DNA from: an uncultured Dehalococcoidia bacterium
GTDB taxonomy: Bacteria; Chloroflexota; Dehalococcoidia; SZUA-161
Length of the DNA stretch: 64,000 nt
NCBI GenBank assembly: GCA_964524995.1
Contig: CAZGDV010000002.1
Span: 1,787 to 65,786 of the forward strand
Direction of reading: 5' to 3'
Under the pieces are notes generated by a model. It searched no databases. It was given only the letters and a program-made list of their open reading frames with translations, and had not been told where the DNA came from. This document shows, piece after piece, positions 1-10,674 of the stretch. How positions within the stretch are numbered: the stretch's first letter is position 1; every line of letters begins with the position of its first letter. Both the position numbers and the translations under genes were made by a program.

Positions 1-1
1 C

Positions 2-694
2 GGTGCCGGGCTGGCGCAGCTGGGGAAGAGAGTGCTCCTGGTGGACACAGACCCCCAGGGCCATCTGGCCGAGGGGTTCGGGCTGTCGTCGGGCGCGCTG
101 GACAAGGAGCTCTCCCTCGTCCTCGATGGCAAGCTCAGCCTCGCCGAGATCATAGTCAATCTGCGGCCCAATCTCGACCTCGCCCCGAGCAACATCCGCC
201 TGTCCTACCTCGAAGCGCTTCTGTTCACCAGGCATCGACGTGAAGACAAGCTGAAGAAGGCCATCGAACCCGCAAGGCAGGGCTACGACCTGATCCTGAT
301 CGACTGTCCACCGAGTCTGGGGCTCCTGACGGTGAACGCCCTGTCTGCAGCGGACCAGGTCCTCATACCAATGGTTTGCGAGTTCTACGCCATGCTCGGA
401 GTGAGCTTGCTCCTCGACGTCATCGAGGATATGAGGGCTGAGCTCAACCCTTCACTCAAGATACTCGGCATACTACCCACGCGCCTGAACCGCACTATAC
501 ATGCCCGCGAGGTCCTCGAACGTACGAAGGCAGAGCTGCAGGGACGTGTCAGGGTATTCGAACCGGCGGTGAACGAGAGCGTGAGGTTCAAGGAGGCGGC
601 AGCGGCAGGACAGACCATATTCGAGTACGCCCCCGGCATCGAGGGCGCGGAGGCATATCGACATCTGGCCAAGGAGATAGCAGATGAGCTCTAA
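2..694 (+). CDS. parA: ParA/Soj-family partition ATPase (5' end outside window)
   Basis: Frame is open to the window edge. LLVDTDPQGH, DLILIDCPPSLG and ILPTRLN blocks are typical of ParA/MinD-class ATPases. Confidence 0.85.
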   Translation, partial: GAGLAQLGKRVLLVDTDPQGHLAEGFGLSSGALDKELSLVLDGKLSLAEIIVNLRPNLDLAPSNIRLSYLEALLFTRHRREDKLKKAIEPARQGYDLILIDCPPSLGLLTVNALSAADQVLIPMVCEFYAMLGVSLLLDVIEDMRAELNPSLKILGILPTRLNRTIHAREVLERTKAELQGRVRVFEPAVNESVRFKEAAAAGQTIFEYAPGIEGAEAYRHLAKEIADEL

Positions 695-965
695 GGAGAG
701 GACTCTCGGGACCAGAGCTACGATTTTCCGCAGAACTGACCAGGGAATACCGGAGCTTGATCAAGAACCTACAGACGCAGGTGATGTGTCAATCACGCCG
801 GTGAAACGGCCCCGGATAAAAGCGACTTTCTACCTCAATCCCGAGGACATACTGGCGATCGACTTCATACAGAGTGAGGAGTTCCGGGAGAAGGGCAAGA
901 AGCCGGAGCGCTCCGAGATAGTGAGTTGGGCCATCCAGGCGTATAAGGAGCAGCGCGGCCTCTGA
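684..965 (+). CDS. Small ribbon-helix-helix-like protein, putative ParA partner (ParG/CopG-like)
   Basis: 93 aa, 11-nt overlap with parA. Basic disordered N-tail followed by a KATFYLNPEDILAIDFI strand-helix pattern. Confidence 0.45.
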   Translation: MSSKERTLGTRATIFRRTDQGIPELDQEPTDAGDVSITPVKRPRIKATFYLNPEDILAIDFIQSEEFREKGKKPERSEIVSWAIQAYKEQRGL

Positions 966-1006
966 AAGCGTGTCGCCGCAACCGGAATCGAAGGCGGCAC
1001 AGCCTG

Positions 1007-1066
1007 GCCGCCCGACCGGCGGGCGGCGCCAGACCTGTTTCCCCGCTCTACCCCGAGCGAGCGGGG
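1007..1066 (+). terminator. Two GC-rich hairpins after the parA operon
   Basis: GCCGCCCG-ACCGG-CGGGCGGC (1007-1027) and CCCCGCTC-N10-GAGCGGGG (1041-1066). The T-tract is weak. Confidence 0.35.
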
Positions 1067-1100
1067 CTGTGTTCCAACATCGAATGAAGAGCTAAGCACC

Positions 1101-2330
1101 ATGACCATCACCAATGGTGTCCAGTTTATCCAGGGTGGCACTGTAACCACGCCTGCGGGATACCGCGCGGGGGCCACACGCATCGGCCTCAAGACGATAG
1201 GGGAGGATGCACTCGATCTCGGAATCCTGTGCTCGGACGTGCAATGCACCGCCGCCGGCGTGTTCACCACAAACCGGATCAAGGCCGCTCCAGTCGTGCT
1301 ATGCCAACGCCGCCTCGAAAACGCCCGGGCGCAGGCGCTGGTGGTGAACAGCGGTTGCGCCAACGCCTGTACCGGCCCCCAGGGCGCATCCGACGCCGAA
1401 GAAATGGCTTCCGGGACAGCCGAGAAGCTCGGCCTGCCGGTCGAAGATGTGCTGGTAGCCAGCACAGGGGTTATCGGCGACCCGCTCCCCATGGATCGCG
1501 TACGGGCAGGCATCCGGTCGGTGCTGCTGTCGGAGGACGGCGGTCACAGCCTGGCAAGGGCGATCATGACCACGGATACAAAGCCAAAGGAGGCAGCCCT
1601 CAGGTACAGCGCCGTGCAAGACGGTCCCGAGTTCACAATTGCAGGCATCGCCAAGGGCTCCGGCATGATACACCCCAACCTGGCAACCATGCTGTGTTTC
1701 CTCACGACGGACGCAGCCGTCGCGCCTGCCTTTCTCAGGACCGCTCTGAAGCGCGCCGCGGACGCTTCCTTCAACATGGTCACGGTGGACGGTGACACCA
1801 GCCCCAATGACTCCGTCATCATCCTCGCTAACGGCCTGACTGGGAATCAACTTATCGATGCCGACAACACCCAGGCAGAGGCGTTCCAAACAGCCCTGAC
1901 GGAGGTCTGCATTCACCTGGCCAAGTCGATCGCCAGGGACGGCGAGGGCGCGACCAAGCTGATAGAGGTCATCGTGGAGGGAGCCGCGACAGTCGAGGAT
2001 GCCCGCCTCGCCTCCCGCACGATTGCGGGCTCGTCGCTGGTCAAGACGGCGATCCACGGCTCGGACCCCAACTGGGGCCGAATCGTGGCGGCGCTGGGGA
2101 GGAGCAGCATACCATTCGACGACAGTGCTCTCGATCTACACGTATGTGATACCTGTCTGCTCCGCTCCGGTTGTGCCCAGCGTTTCGACGAGCGAGAAGT
2201 GGCCCGGCTACTCGACAAGCCTGAGGTGCTGATTCGCGTCAGCATCAAGTCGGGCGGGGCCTCGGCGACGGCCTGGGGCTGCGACATGTCGCCCGAGTAC
2301 GTGCGGCTGAACAGCGAGTATACGACCTAG
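1101..2330 (+). CDS. argJ: Bifunctional ornithine acetyltransferase / N-acetylglutamate synthase
   Basis: 409 aa. GSGMIHPNLATMLCFLTTDA autoprocessing region and the TTDT motif are characteristic of ArgJ. Confidence 0.93.
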   Translation: MTITNGVQFIQGGTVTTPAGYRAGATRIGLKTIGEDALDLGILCSDVQCTAAGVFTTNRIKAAPVVLCQRRLENARAQALVVNSGCANACTGPQGASDAEEMASGTAEKLGLPVEDVLVASTGVIGDPLPMDRVRAGIRSVLLSEDGGHSLARAIMTTDTKPKEAALRYSAVQDGPEFTIAGIAKGSGMIHPNLATMLCFLTTDAAVAPAFLRTALKRAADASFNMVTVDGDTSPNDSVIILANGLTGNQLIDADNTQAEAFQTALTEVCIHLAKSIARDGEGATKLIEVIVEGAATVEDARLASRTIAGSSLVKTAIHGSDPNWGRIVAALGRSSIPFDDSALDLHVCDTCLLRSGCAQRFDEREVARLLDKPEVLIRVSIKSGGASATAWGCDMSPEYVRLNSEYTT

Positions 2331-2414
2331 GGCTCAGCGCCACCCTTTCGCCGTGGGCACAGCCGCCACCCCATCAGGTAGTCAGGCCACCATGCCCCGG
2401 AAGCATCGCTTGGT

Positions 2415-2459
2415 TTGAAACCCTCCTGGCTTCTGTTATAGTAGCTGTTGTGCTATCAT
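2415..2459 (+). promoter_or_regulatory. Candidate internal promoter(s) for argB and downstream genes
   Basis: TTGAAA(2415)-16 nt-TGtTATAGT(2434-2442), plus a second extended -10 TGcTATCAT (2451-2459), inside the 229-nt argJ-argB gap. Confidence 0.4.
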
Positions 2460-2559
2460 AGCGCTTCCGAGTGCCCTGCCAGCTACGCGGGCTTTCGGCC
2501 GACAATGTTCATCACGCACGGCGAGGCGAGGCTGTTGGCAGCAACAGGAGCCGGTCCAA

Positions 2560-3360
2560 TTGACGAATCCCGGTGAAATACTCGTGATCAAGATTGGAGG
2601 CTCAACACTGGGCAGCCACGATACTACCTTGAGGGACGTCGTGAGCTTGCACAGTAGAGGGCTTCGCCCGGTCGTGGTGCACGGCGGCGGGAATAAGGTG
2701 ACCGAGTGGCTCGGGCGGCTAGGGATTGAGACCGAGTTCGTTCGCGGGAGGCGCGTGACCGACACAGAGACACTACAGGTAGTCATTGCCGTGCTCGCCG
2801 GCCTCGTCAACAAGGAGCTCGTCTCCAGTATCATCGCGCACGGCGGCAACGCCGTAGGCCTGAGCGGGGCCGACGGCGGCCTCATGCGAGCGGAGATACG
2901 TGAGCCGGACTTGGGGTACGTTGGCGAGATCACTCAGGTAGACCCCGCGCCGGTCAATGCGCTTCTGGACGCCGGGTACATACCGGTGATCGCCACGAGC
3001 GCTCTCGGGCCATCGTCCGCTGACGGCAACGACACTCAACTGCTGAACGTCAACGGTGACACAAGCGCTTGTGAGATCGCCGTCGCGCTGAAGGCGAGCA
3101 GGCTGATATTCCTCACCGACGTCCCGGGCGTCAAGGACGGCCAAGGGGCAGTGTTGTCAACGCTGACCCGGAGTCAGGCGCAAACCCTGATGGATTCCGG
3201 GGTGATCTCGGGAGGCATGATACCCAAGGTCGCGGCATGTCTCCATGCCCTCCCGTCGGTCCCCACAACCCAGATCATAGACGGGAGACCCACCGGCGCG
3301 CTGGTCGAGGCCGCAGATAGTGTGCATACGGGCACCACAATCGTAGGGGGGCGGGAATGA
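2560..3360 (+). CDS. argB: Acetylglutamate kinase
   Basis: 266 aa. IKIGGSTLG and VVHGGG amino-acid-kinase motifs; TTG start preceded by AGGAG. Confidence 0.9.
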   Translation: MTNPGEILVIKIGGSTLGSHDTTLRDVVSLHSRGLRPVVVHGGGNKVTEWLGRLGIETEFVRGRRVTDTETLQVVIAVLAGLVNKELVSSIIAHGGNAVGLSGADGGLMRAEIREPDLGYVGEITQVDPAPVNALLDAGYIPVIATSALGPSSADGNDTQLLNVNGDTSACEIAVALKASRLIFLTDVPGVKDGQGAVLSTLTRSQAQTLMDSGVISGGMIPKVAACLHALPSVPTTQIIDGRPTGALVEAADSVHTGTTIVGGRE

Positions 3361-6173
3361 ACTGGAACCCGGACGATGGAGGCACCAGGGGAACACCCAG
3401 ATGGCCGGACATGTCCCAAGTGCAGTTGAACATACCGCCGGGCGTGAGCAAGTGGGCGAAGTGGCTGTCCATACCGGCCGTCCTGATCATCCTGTTCATA
3501 ATCTTCAACATACTCAAGACGATCTGGACCGAATGGCTCTGGTTCTCCAACCTCGGGTTCAGCAGTGTGTACGGCACGGTGATCGGTACCAAAGTCACTA
3601 TCTTCTTCGTTGCCGCTATCATCTTCTGCGCGTTCTTCATCGGGAACATGTACCTGGCCCACAGGCTGGGGCCCAAGGCGAACATACCCATTGTCCCTGC
3701 CGACACGCAGGACAGGCTGCGCAAGTTCACGATCGCGGGCCTTATCGTTGTCGCGGTCCTTCTCGGCCTCATCTTCGGTTCCTCCGCTCAGGGCAGTTGG
3801 GAGACGGTCCTCAGGTTCCAGAACGGGCAGGTTTTTGACATCTCCGACCCCATCTTCCACAAGGACGTGAGCTTCTATATGTTTTCGATGCCATTCCAGA
3901 GGTTCGCCCAGGGATGGCTCCTCGGCGCGTTCTTCGTAACATTGATCGCCTCTCTCGGCTACTACTTCGTCAGCTACAACATACGCCGGTTGAGCTTCAG
4001 TCTGTCGCTCGGTGTGAAGGCACATCTCTCCGCCCTGGTTGCAGCCATTCTGGGGATGTATGCCTGGGGCTACTTCCTGGACATATATTCGCTCGTGTAC
4101 TCGGAGCGAGGCGCGGTGTTCGGCGCGGGCTATACCGACGTCCACGCACAGCTGATCGCATACCGCATTCTCATAGCGGTGACCATCGTCACCGCTATCG
4201 TTGTCCTGGCCAACATATTCCGGCGTGGTCTCAAGCTGCCCGCGTACTCGATCGGGCTACTGATTGTAGCCATAATCGTGGTCAGCGTAATCTACCCGGC
4301 CATAGTGCAGAACTGGGTGGTCAAGCCGGCCGAGCTGACCAAGGAGACCTCGTACATCGAGTACAACATCGAGTTCACGACTCAGGCCTTCGCCCTGGAC
4401 AGGATCGAGGAGCAGCCGTTCACAGCCGAAGAGGTGCTGACATTCGCAGACATCGACAGCAATCCGGCGACCGTCCAGAACATACGCCTGTGGGACAACC
4501 GGCCCCTCAAGTCGACGTACTACCAGAAGCAGGCCCTTCGACAGTACTACGATTTCTATGACATCGACATAGACCGCTACGAGGTCGACGGGGAGTACCG
4601 GCAGGTGATGCTGGGCATTCGCGAGCTGTACCAGGAGAACCTGGATGAGGACGCCAAGACTTGGATCAACCAGCGCCTGGTCTATACCCACGGATACGGC
4701 CTTGCCCTTAGCCCCGTAACAGAGGTGAGCGAGGAGGGTGGACCGATACTCCAGGTCAAGGATATCCCTCCCATGAGTGATTTCGACAGGTTCCAGATAT
4801 CCAGGCCCGAGATCTACTACGGCGAGAAGACGGACGACTACGTCGTCGTGGCCACGAAGGTGGACGAGTTCGACTACCCCATGGGCGACCAGAACATATA
4901 CACCAGGTACGGCGGCGAGGGTGGTGTGCATCTCAGCTCGTTCTTCCGCAAGGTCGCGTACGCCTGGCAGCTGGGCGACTTCAACATCCTGATCAGTGGA
5001 GAGCTGGACTCGGACAGCAGGGTGCTCTACTACCGGAACATCCAGGAGCGTGTGAACCGTGTCGCGCCGTTCCTGCTTCTCGACTCCGACCCCTACCCTG
5101 TGATCACTGAGGACGGCAAGATTGTCTGGATTCAGGACGCCTACACCTGGAGCACCAGGTACCCGTACTCCGAGCCTTCGCCCGACGGTGTCAACTACAT
5201 CCGCAACAGCGTCAAGGCGGTCGTGGATGCCTACAATGGCACCGTCACGCTGTACGTGGTTGAACCCGACGACCCCGTCCTGCAGACATACGCGTCCATA
5301 TTCCCCGATATGTTCACGTCCGGCGACGAGATGCCCTCGGACATAAGGGCAAACCTTCGCTACCCTCTGGACCTGTTCACGCGGCAGGCGCAGGTCTACG
5401 AGAGATACCACATGAAAGACGTCAAGGTCTTCTACGGCAAGGAAGACCTCTGGGAGACGCCGCAGGAGATATACCGGGGCACACCACAGCCCATGGAGCC
5501 TTACTACATCATCATGAGGCTCCCGGAGGAGCAGCAAGAGGAGTTCATGCTGATCCGGCCCTTCACGCCGGAGAACAAGAAAAACACTGTAGCCTGGCTT
5601 GCGGCCCGCTCCGACGGGGACAACTATGGCACGCTGCTGGCCTACTACCTGCCCAAGGACAAGCTGATATACGGTCCCATGCAGGTGGAGAACCGCATCG
5701 AGCAGGATACGGCCATAACGGAGCAGTTCGCGCTGTGGGGCAGGGGCGGGTCGACAGTGATTCGCGGCAACCTCCTGGTGATTCCCATCGAGGACTCGTT
5801 TCTCTATGTGGAGCCTGTGTTCTTGCAGGGGGCGGCCGGCGGCGTCCCCGAGCTGAAGAGGGTGATAGTCGCCACCGGGGATTCGATCGCCATGGAGCAG
5901 ACGCTGGATGAGGCCCTTGCGGCCGTCTTCGGCGAAGCGCCACCCGGGCCAACGCCCACTCCGGGTCCTTCGCCGGGGCCCACGCCGACTCCACCACCGT
6001 CGGGCGAGCTTCCGGCGGACGTGCAGGCAGTCCTGCAGGATATCCAGCAGCGCCTAGACAATATGAAGCAATATGCCGAGGCGGGCGATTGGGAGAGCTG
6101 GGGTGCAGAGTACGAAGCCTTGCAGTCGCTGCAGGAGGAGATTGACAGAATCCTGCAACCGAACGCAGAATAG
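3357..6173 (+). CDS. UPF0182-family large membrane protein
   Basis: 938 aa. Multi-TM N-terminal third. YTHGYG, LRYPLDLF and LYVEPVFLQ blocks as I recall them for UPF0182. Pro/Thr-rich linker (PPGPTPTPGPSPGPTPTPPP). ATGA overlap with argB. Confidence 0.75.
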   Translation: MNWNPDDGGTRGTPRWPDMSQVQLNIPPGVSKWAKWLSIPAVLIILFIIFNILKTIWTEWLWFSNLGFSSVYGTVIGTKVTIFFVAAIIFCAFFIGNMYLAHRLGPKANIPIVPADTQDRLRKFTIAGLIVVAVLLGLIFGSSAQGSWETVLRFQNGQVFDISDPIFHKDVSFYMFSMPFQRFAQGWLLGAFFVTLIASLGYYFVSYNIRRLSFSLSLGVKAHLSALVAAILGMYAWGYFLDIYSLVYSERGAVFGAGYTDVHAQLIAYRILIAVTIVTAIVVLANIFRRGLKLPAYSIGLLIVAIIVVSVIYPAIVQNWVVKPAELTKETSYIEYNIEFTTQAFALDRIEEQPFTAEEVLTFADIDSNPATVQNIRLWDNRPLKSTYYQKQALRQYYDFYDIDIDRYEVDGEYRQVMLGIRELYQENLDEDAKTWINQRLVYTHGYGLALSPVTEVSEEGGPILQVKDIPPMSDFDRFQISRPEIYYGEKTDDYVVVATKVDEFDYPMGDQNIYTRYGGEGGVHLSSFFRKVAYAWQLGDFNILISGELDSDSRVLYYRNIQERVNRVAPFLLLDSDPYPVITEDGKIVWIQDAYTWSTRYPYSEPSPDGVNYIRNSVKAVVDAYNGTVTLYVVEPDDPVLQTYASIFPDMFTSGDEMPSDIRANLRYPLDLFTRQAQVYERYHMKDVKVFYGKEDLWETPQEIYRGTPQPMEPYYIIMRLPEEQQEEFMLIRPFTPENKKNTVAWLAARSDGDNYGTLLAYYLPKDKLIYGPMQVENRIEQDTAITEQFALWGRGGSTVIRGNLLVIPIEDSFLYVEPVFLQGAAGGVPELKRVIVATGDSIAMEQTLDEALAAVFGEAPPGPTPTPGPSPGPTPTPPPSGELPADVQAVLQDIQQRLDNMKQYAEAGDWESWGAEYEALQSLQEEIDRILQPNAE

Positions 6174-6188
6174 CATGGGAAGGACGAA

Positions 6189-7382
6189 ATGAGCGACTGG
6201 CAGGGAATGGAGCAGCAGTACTACATGCGGACGTTCAACCGCATGCCCGTCACCATCGTGCGCGGCCAGGGCGCTCGTGTCTGGGACGAGAACGGCAGGG
6301 AGTACCTCGACTTCACATCCGGCTGGGCCGTGAACTGCCTGGGGCATTGCCATCCGGCGGTCGTTACCGCCGTGATAGAGCAGGTCAAGACGCTGATTCA
6401 GACCAGCAACCAGTTTTACACGATCCCGCAGCTACAGCTCGCCGAACTCCTGGTGGAGAATAGCTGCCTCGACAGGGTGTTCTTCTGCAACAGCGGCGTG
6501 GAGGCGACGGAGGGCGCTGTCAAGCTGGCGCGCAGGTACGGAAAGCTGCACCTGGGTGGGGCCTACAACGTCATAACCGCCTTCAACTCCTTCCACGGCA
6601 GGACCCTGGCGATGACCGCCGCAACAGGCCAGAAGAAGTTCCAGGAGCCCTACACGCCGACGCCGGACGGTTTCGTCAACGTCGAATACAACAGCATCGA
6701 CGCTATCAAGACGGCAACGAACCCGCAAACATGCGCGGTCATGCTGGAGCCGATCCAGGGCGAGGGCGGCGTCAACATCCCCGACGACGATTACCTGAAG
6801 AAGGTGCGGGCCTGGTGCGACGAGAAGGGGATACTCCTGATTCTGGACGAGGTACAGACCGGTATCGGACGCATCGGGTCGCTTTTCGGATACCAGCACT
6901 ACGACGTCGAGCCCGACATCATGACGTTGGGCAAGGGGCTGGCGGGCGGGGTCGCTATAGGCGCTTTCCTGGCCAAGGAGCATGCCTCGGTGTTCGTGCC
7001 CGGAGACCACGGCTCGACGTACGGCGGCAATCCACTGGCCTGTGCCGCCGGCTGCGCCACCGTGAACTTCGTCATCGAGGACGATATCCCGAACTGGGTC
7101 AAGCAGGTCGGCGCATATCTCATGGAGTATCTCGATAAACTGGCGTCGAAGTACGGATTCATCGTCGATGTGAGGGGAGTCGGCCTGCTGACGGCCATCC
7201 AGTTCGACAGCGACCTCTCCGACTGGATCGTGAGGGACTGCATCGGCAAGGGGCTGCTGCTCAATCCCGTGAAGCTGGACGTTGTTCGCTTCATCCCGCC
7301 ACTGAACATCGCCAGGGCCGACGTGGACGAGGCGATGCGAATCCTGGACGCGTCGCTGGCCGAGGTCGGCAATCAGGAGTAG
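6189..7382 (+). CDS. argD: Acetylornithine aminotransferase (class III PLP)
   Basis: 397 aa. LILDEVQTGIGRIG and TLGKGLAGG (PLP lysine) motifs; lies in an arg gene context. Confidence 0.9.
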   Translation: MSDWQGMEQQYYMRTFNRMPVTIVRGQGARVWDENGREYLDFTSGWAVNCLGHCHPAVVTAVIEQVKTLIQTSNQFYTIPQLQLAELLVENSCLDRVFFCNSGVEATEGAVKLARRYGKLHLGGAYNVITAFNSFHGRTLAMTAATGQKKFQEPYTPTPDGFVNVEYNSIDAIKTATNPQTCAVMLEPIQGEGGVNIPDDDYLKKVRAWCDEKGILLILDEVQTGIGRIGSLFGYQHYDVEPDIMTLGKGLAGGVAIGAFLAKEHASVFVPGDHGSTYGGNPLACAAGCATVNFVIEDDIPNWVKQVGAYLMEYLDKLASKYGFIVDVRGVGLLTAIQFDSDLSDWIVRDCIGKGLLLNPVKLDVVRFIPPLNIARADVDEAMRILDASLAEVGNQE

Positions 7383-7425
7383 TGACTAAGCCCGTCAGGG
7401 CACGCGTACATACGGAGGAATCGAG

Positions 7426-8622
7426 TTGAAGGACAAGGTGGTACTGGCTTACAGCGGGGGACTGGACACGTCCGTCGCGATTAAATGGATCGGTGAGCGC
7501 TACGGCATGGACGTGATCGCGCTCAGCGTTGACATTGGGGCGGAGAAGGAGTACGAGGCCATCCGACAGAAGGCCCTCAAGGTGGGCGCGACAAAGGCCC
7601 TGGTCATCGATGCCAGAGAGGTCTTCCTGAAAGACTACGTATTCCCGGCCCTCCAGGCCGATGCGATATACGAGGGCCAGTATACGCTGGCGACCGCCAT
7701 CGCCCGTCCGCTGATCGCCAAGCTGCTCGTGGATGTGGCCCACCAGGAGGGGGCAGCGGCGATTTCGCACGGGTGCACCGGTAAAGGCAACGATCAGGTC
7801 AGGTTCGATGTCAGCACGGCGGCGCTCGACTCCAAGCTGAGGATCATCGCCCCGGCCCGCGAGTGGGGCATGACACGGGAGCAGTCGATCGAGTACGCGA
7901 AGAAGCACGACATCCCCGTGCCCGTGACCGTTAAGAGCCCGTATTCCATAGACGAAAACCTCTGGGGCAAGAGCATCGAGTGCGGCGTCCTGGACGACCC
8001 GTGGGTCGAGCCCCCGGAGGAGATATTCACCTGGACGAAGTCACCGCAGGACGCGCCGGACGAACCACGGTACGTCGAGCTCGGTTTCGGGCAGGGTACA
8101 CCGGTCAGCCTCGACGGACGGGAGATGAGTCCCGTCGACCTCATGGAGAAGCTGAACGAGATAGCCGGAGAGCACGGCGTGGGCCGCACTGACAACATGG
8201 AGAACCGCCTGGTTGGCATCAAGTCGCGGGAGATATACGAGGCCCCGGCGGCGACAACGCTGCTGGCGGCCCACCTGGCGCTGGAGCAGCTGACGCTATC
8301 ACGGGACCAGTTCCGCTTCAAGCAGAGTGTGGCCCAGAAGTACGCCGAGCTGATCTACGACGGCCTCTGGTTCTCGGGGCTGCATCAGGACCTTCGAGCT
8401 TATGTCAAGAGCACGCAGCGCAACGTGACGGGCACGGTCAGGATGAAGCTGTTCAAGGGCAAGGCGACGCTGGTCGGGCGCAAGTCGCCCAAGTCGCTGT
8501 ACAGCTACGGGCTGGCCACCTACGATGAGGCTGACCAGTTCGACCACTCCGCCGCCGAGGGTTTCATCAAGGTCTACGGCCTGCCGGTGAAGACGCAGGC
8601 GGAGATGCAAGGGCTGGAATAG
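7426..8622 (+). CDS. argG: Argininosuccinate synthase
   Basis: 398 aa. AYSGGLDTS PP-loop motif; conserved throughout. Confidence 0.95.
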   Translation: MKDKVVLAYSGGLDTSVAIKWIGERYGMDVIALSVDIGAEKEYEAIRQKALKVGATKALVIDAREVFLKDYVFPALQADAIYEGQYTLATAIARPLIAKLLVDVAHQEGAAAISHGCTGKGNDQVRFDVSTAALDSKLRIIAPAREWGMTREQSIEYAKKHDIPVPVTVKSPYSIDENLWGKSIECGVLDDPWVEPPEEIFTWTKSPQDAPDEPRYVELGFGQGTPVSLDGREMSPVDLMEKLNEIAGEHGVGRTDNMENRLVGIKSREIYEAPAATTLLAAHLALEQLTLSRDQFRFKQSVAQKYAELIYDGLWFSGLHQDLRAYVKSTQRNVTGTVRMKLFKGKATLVGRKSPKSLYSYGLATYDEADQFDHSAAEGFIKVYGLPVKTQAEMQGLE

Positions 8623-8626
8623 GCAG

Positions 8627-9997
8627 ATGACGACGCGGGGCCGTTTCGAGAAGGGCATGGACGAGAAGGCAAAGAAGTATACTCTGTCTGTGCCGTTCGA
8701 CAAGCGCCTGTACAAGCATGACATCGCCGGCTCCATCGCCCATGCCCGGATGCTGGCCAAACAGGGCGTCATCTCGGACAAGGATGCCGAGCTGATCATC
8801 ATGGGCCTCACCTCGATCAGGGACGAGATCGAGCGCGGCGACTTCGAGTTCAAGGACGAACTGGAAGACATCCACATGAACGTCGAGGCCCGCCTCATCG
8901 AGAAGACAGGCGACGTCGGGGCGAAGCTGCATACAGCGCGATCGAGAAACGACCAGGTCGCCGTCGACATGAGGATGTTCGTCAAGGACGCGGCCTCCGA
9001 GACCATCGCGGGCATCAAGGCTTTGCAGAAGGCCCTTCTGGACCTGGCGGAGGGTAACCTCGATGTCGTGATGCCCGGCTACACGCACCTTCAGAGGGCG
9101 CAGCCGGTCCTGTTCGCACACCACATGCTGGCCTATTTCGAGATGATGCAGCGAGACATCGAGCGCCTCAAGCTGGGCCGTGAGCGGGCTGATGTGATGC
9201 CGCTGGGGAGCGGGGCGCTCGCCGGTGTGCCCTATCCAATCGATCGCGAGTTCCTGGCCAAGGAGCTGGGCTTCAGCCGGATCAGCGCCAACAGCATCGA
9301 CGCCGTCTCCGACCGCGATTTCGTGGTCGACTACCACGCGGCAGCAAGCGTGACCATGATGCACATCTCGCGTCTCGCCGAGGAGATTGTCCTCTGGGCC
9401 TCGGCCGAGTTCAGCTTCGTCGAGATCGACGAAGGGTTCGCCACAGGATCGAGCATCATGCCACAGAAGAGGAACCCGGACGTCGCGGAGCTGGCACGGG
9501 GCAAGACGGGACGGGTCTACGGCAACCTGATGGCCGCCCTCACGATGATGAAGGGGCTGCCGCTTGCCTACAACCGGGACCTCCAGGAGGACAAGGAAGG
9601 CCTGTTCGATACGGTTGACACGCTCCAATCGACGCTGGATGTACTCGCAGGCATGATGGCCACATTGCGCGTAAACGGCGAAAGAATGTGGCAGGTAGCC
9701 ACGGAGAACTACACATTGGCCACGGACGTCGCCGACTACCTCGTCAAGAAGGGCGTGCCCTTCCGCCGGGCCCACGGGATCGTGGGCAGCCTCATCCGCT
9801 ACGCCGCCGACAATGGCAAGACCCTCCCGGAGTTGAACTCAGCCGAGTACAAGAAGTTCAGCGACCGCTTCGAGGAGGACATCGAGACGCTGACGGTTGA
9901 ATCATCCATAGCGGCGCGGGACGTACCGGGCGGCACCGCGCCGGGCAGGGTGAAAAGCGCGCTGAAGAGGGCCAGGGAGATGCTCGATGGCTCATAA
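8627..9997 (+). CDS. argH: Argininosuccinate lyase
   Basis: 456 aa. Fumarate-lyase signature [12 protein letters not shown]. Confidence 0.95.
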   Translation: MTTRGRFEKGMDEKAKKYTLSVPFDKRLYKHDIAGSIAHARMLAKQGVISDKDAELIIMGLTSIRDEIERGDFEFKDELEDIHMNVEARLIEKTGDVGAKLHTARSRNDQVAVDMRMFVKDAASETIAGIKALQKALLDLAEGNLDVVMPGYTHLQRAQPVLFAHHMLAYFEMMQRDIERLKLGRERADVMPLGSGALAGVPYPIDREFLAKELGFSRISANSIDAVSDRDFVVDYHAAASVTMMHISRLAEEIVLWASAEFSFVEIDEGFATGSSIMPQKRNPDVAELARGKTGRVYGNLMAALTMMKGLPLAYNRDLQEDKEGLFDTVDTLQSTLDVLAGMMATLRVNGERMWQVATENYTLATDVADYLVKKGVPFRRAHGIVGSLIRYAADNGKTLPELNSAEYKKFSDRFEEDIETLTVESSIAARDVPGGTAPGRVKSALKRAREMLDGS

Positions 9998-10670
9998 GAT
10001 CAAGCTGGCGCCTTCGATACTGTCCGCCGACTTCGGTCGCCTGTCAGAGGAAGTAGCCAGGGCGACGGAGGCGGGAGCCGATTACATCCACGTCGACGTC
10101 ATGGACGGGCACTTCGTGCCCAACATCACAATCGGCCCTCCCATCGTCAAGGCGATACGCCCGTGCACGCACCTTCCCCTGGACGTCCACCTCATGATCT
10201 CGGCTCCAGAGATGTACGTCGAGAGATTCGCCGATGCGGGGGCTAACATCCTGACCGTGCACGCGGAGGCGTGCATACATCTCCACAGGGTCGTGGAGTC
10301 GATCAAAGAGCTGGGCATCAAGGCAGGAGTGTCGATCAACCCCGCGACTCCGACCGATGCCATCGAGGAGGTCCTGCCCTTCGTAGACCTCGTGCTAGTC
10401 ATGTCGGTGAACCCCGGCTTCGGCGGCCAGCGTTTCATCGAGACCAGCGTGGACAAGATCGCCAGGCTCAGGAGGCAACTCGACGAGCGTGGTCTGGATG
10501 CCGAACTGGAGGTGGATGGTGGAATCAACGCGGAGATCGCCCCCAGGGTCGTTCAGGCCGGTGCGAGAGTCCTGGTAGCGGGGGCTGCAGTATTCAATGA
10601 CAGAGAGACAGTGGCACAGGCGATCTCAAGGATCAGGAAATCGGTCAAGCCGTTCGAGGAACCAAGCTAG
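9987..10670 (+). CDS. rpe: Ribulose-phosphate 3-epimerase
   Basis: 227 aa. [12 protein letters not shown] and [10 protein letters not shown] motifs; 11-nt overlap with argH. Confidence 0.93.
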   Translation: MAHKIKLAPSILSADFGRLSEEVARATEAGADYIHVDVMDGHFVPNITIGPPIVKAIRPCTHLPLDVHLMISAPEMYVERFADAGANILTVHAEACIHLHRVVESIKELGIKAGVSINPATPTDAIEEVLPFVDLVLVMSVNPGFGGQRFIETSVDKIARLRRQLDERGLDAELEVDGGINAEIAPRVVQAGARVLVAGAAVFNDRETVAQAISRIRKSVKPFEEPS

Positions 10671-10674
10671 TGCG

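Noticed and set aside
1071-1092. Possible ArgR ARG-box (TTCCAACATCGAATGAA) just upstream of argJ.
   Set aside because: Poor palindrome and poor match to the TNTGAAT-N4-ATTCANA consensus. There is no second tandem box.
830-1513. Long antisense or alternative-frame ORFs throughout the window. Examples: 830-1513 (-), 3174-4145 (-), 4257-5537 (-), 8567-9775 (-), 13778-14851 (-), 20849-22288 (+), 26819-28294 (+), 29035-30417 (-), 48455-49246 (-), 56924-57937 (-), 62544-63335 (-).
   Set aside because: They lie opposite to or out of frame with genes that have clear family motifs. Their translations are Arg/Pro/Gly-rich low-complexity sequence, typical of shadow ORFs in high-GC DNA, and they lack SDs.
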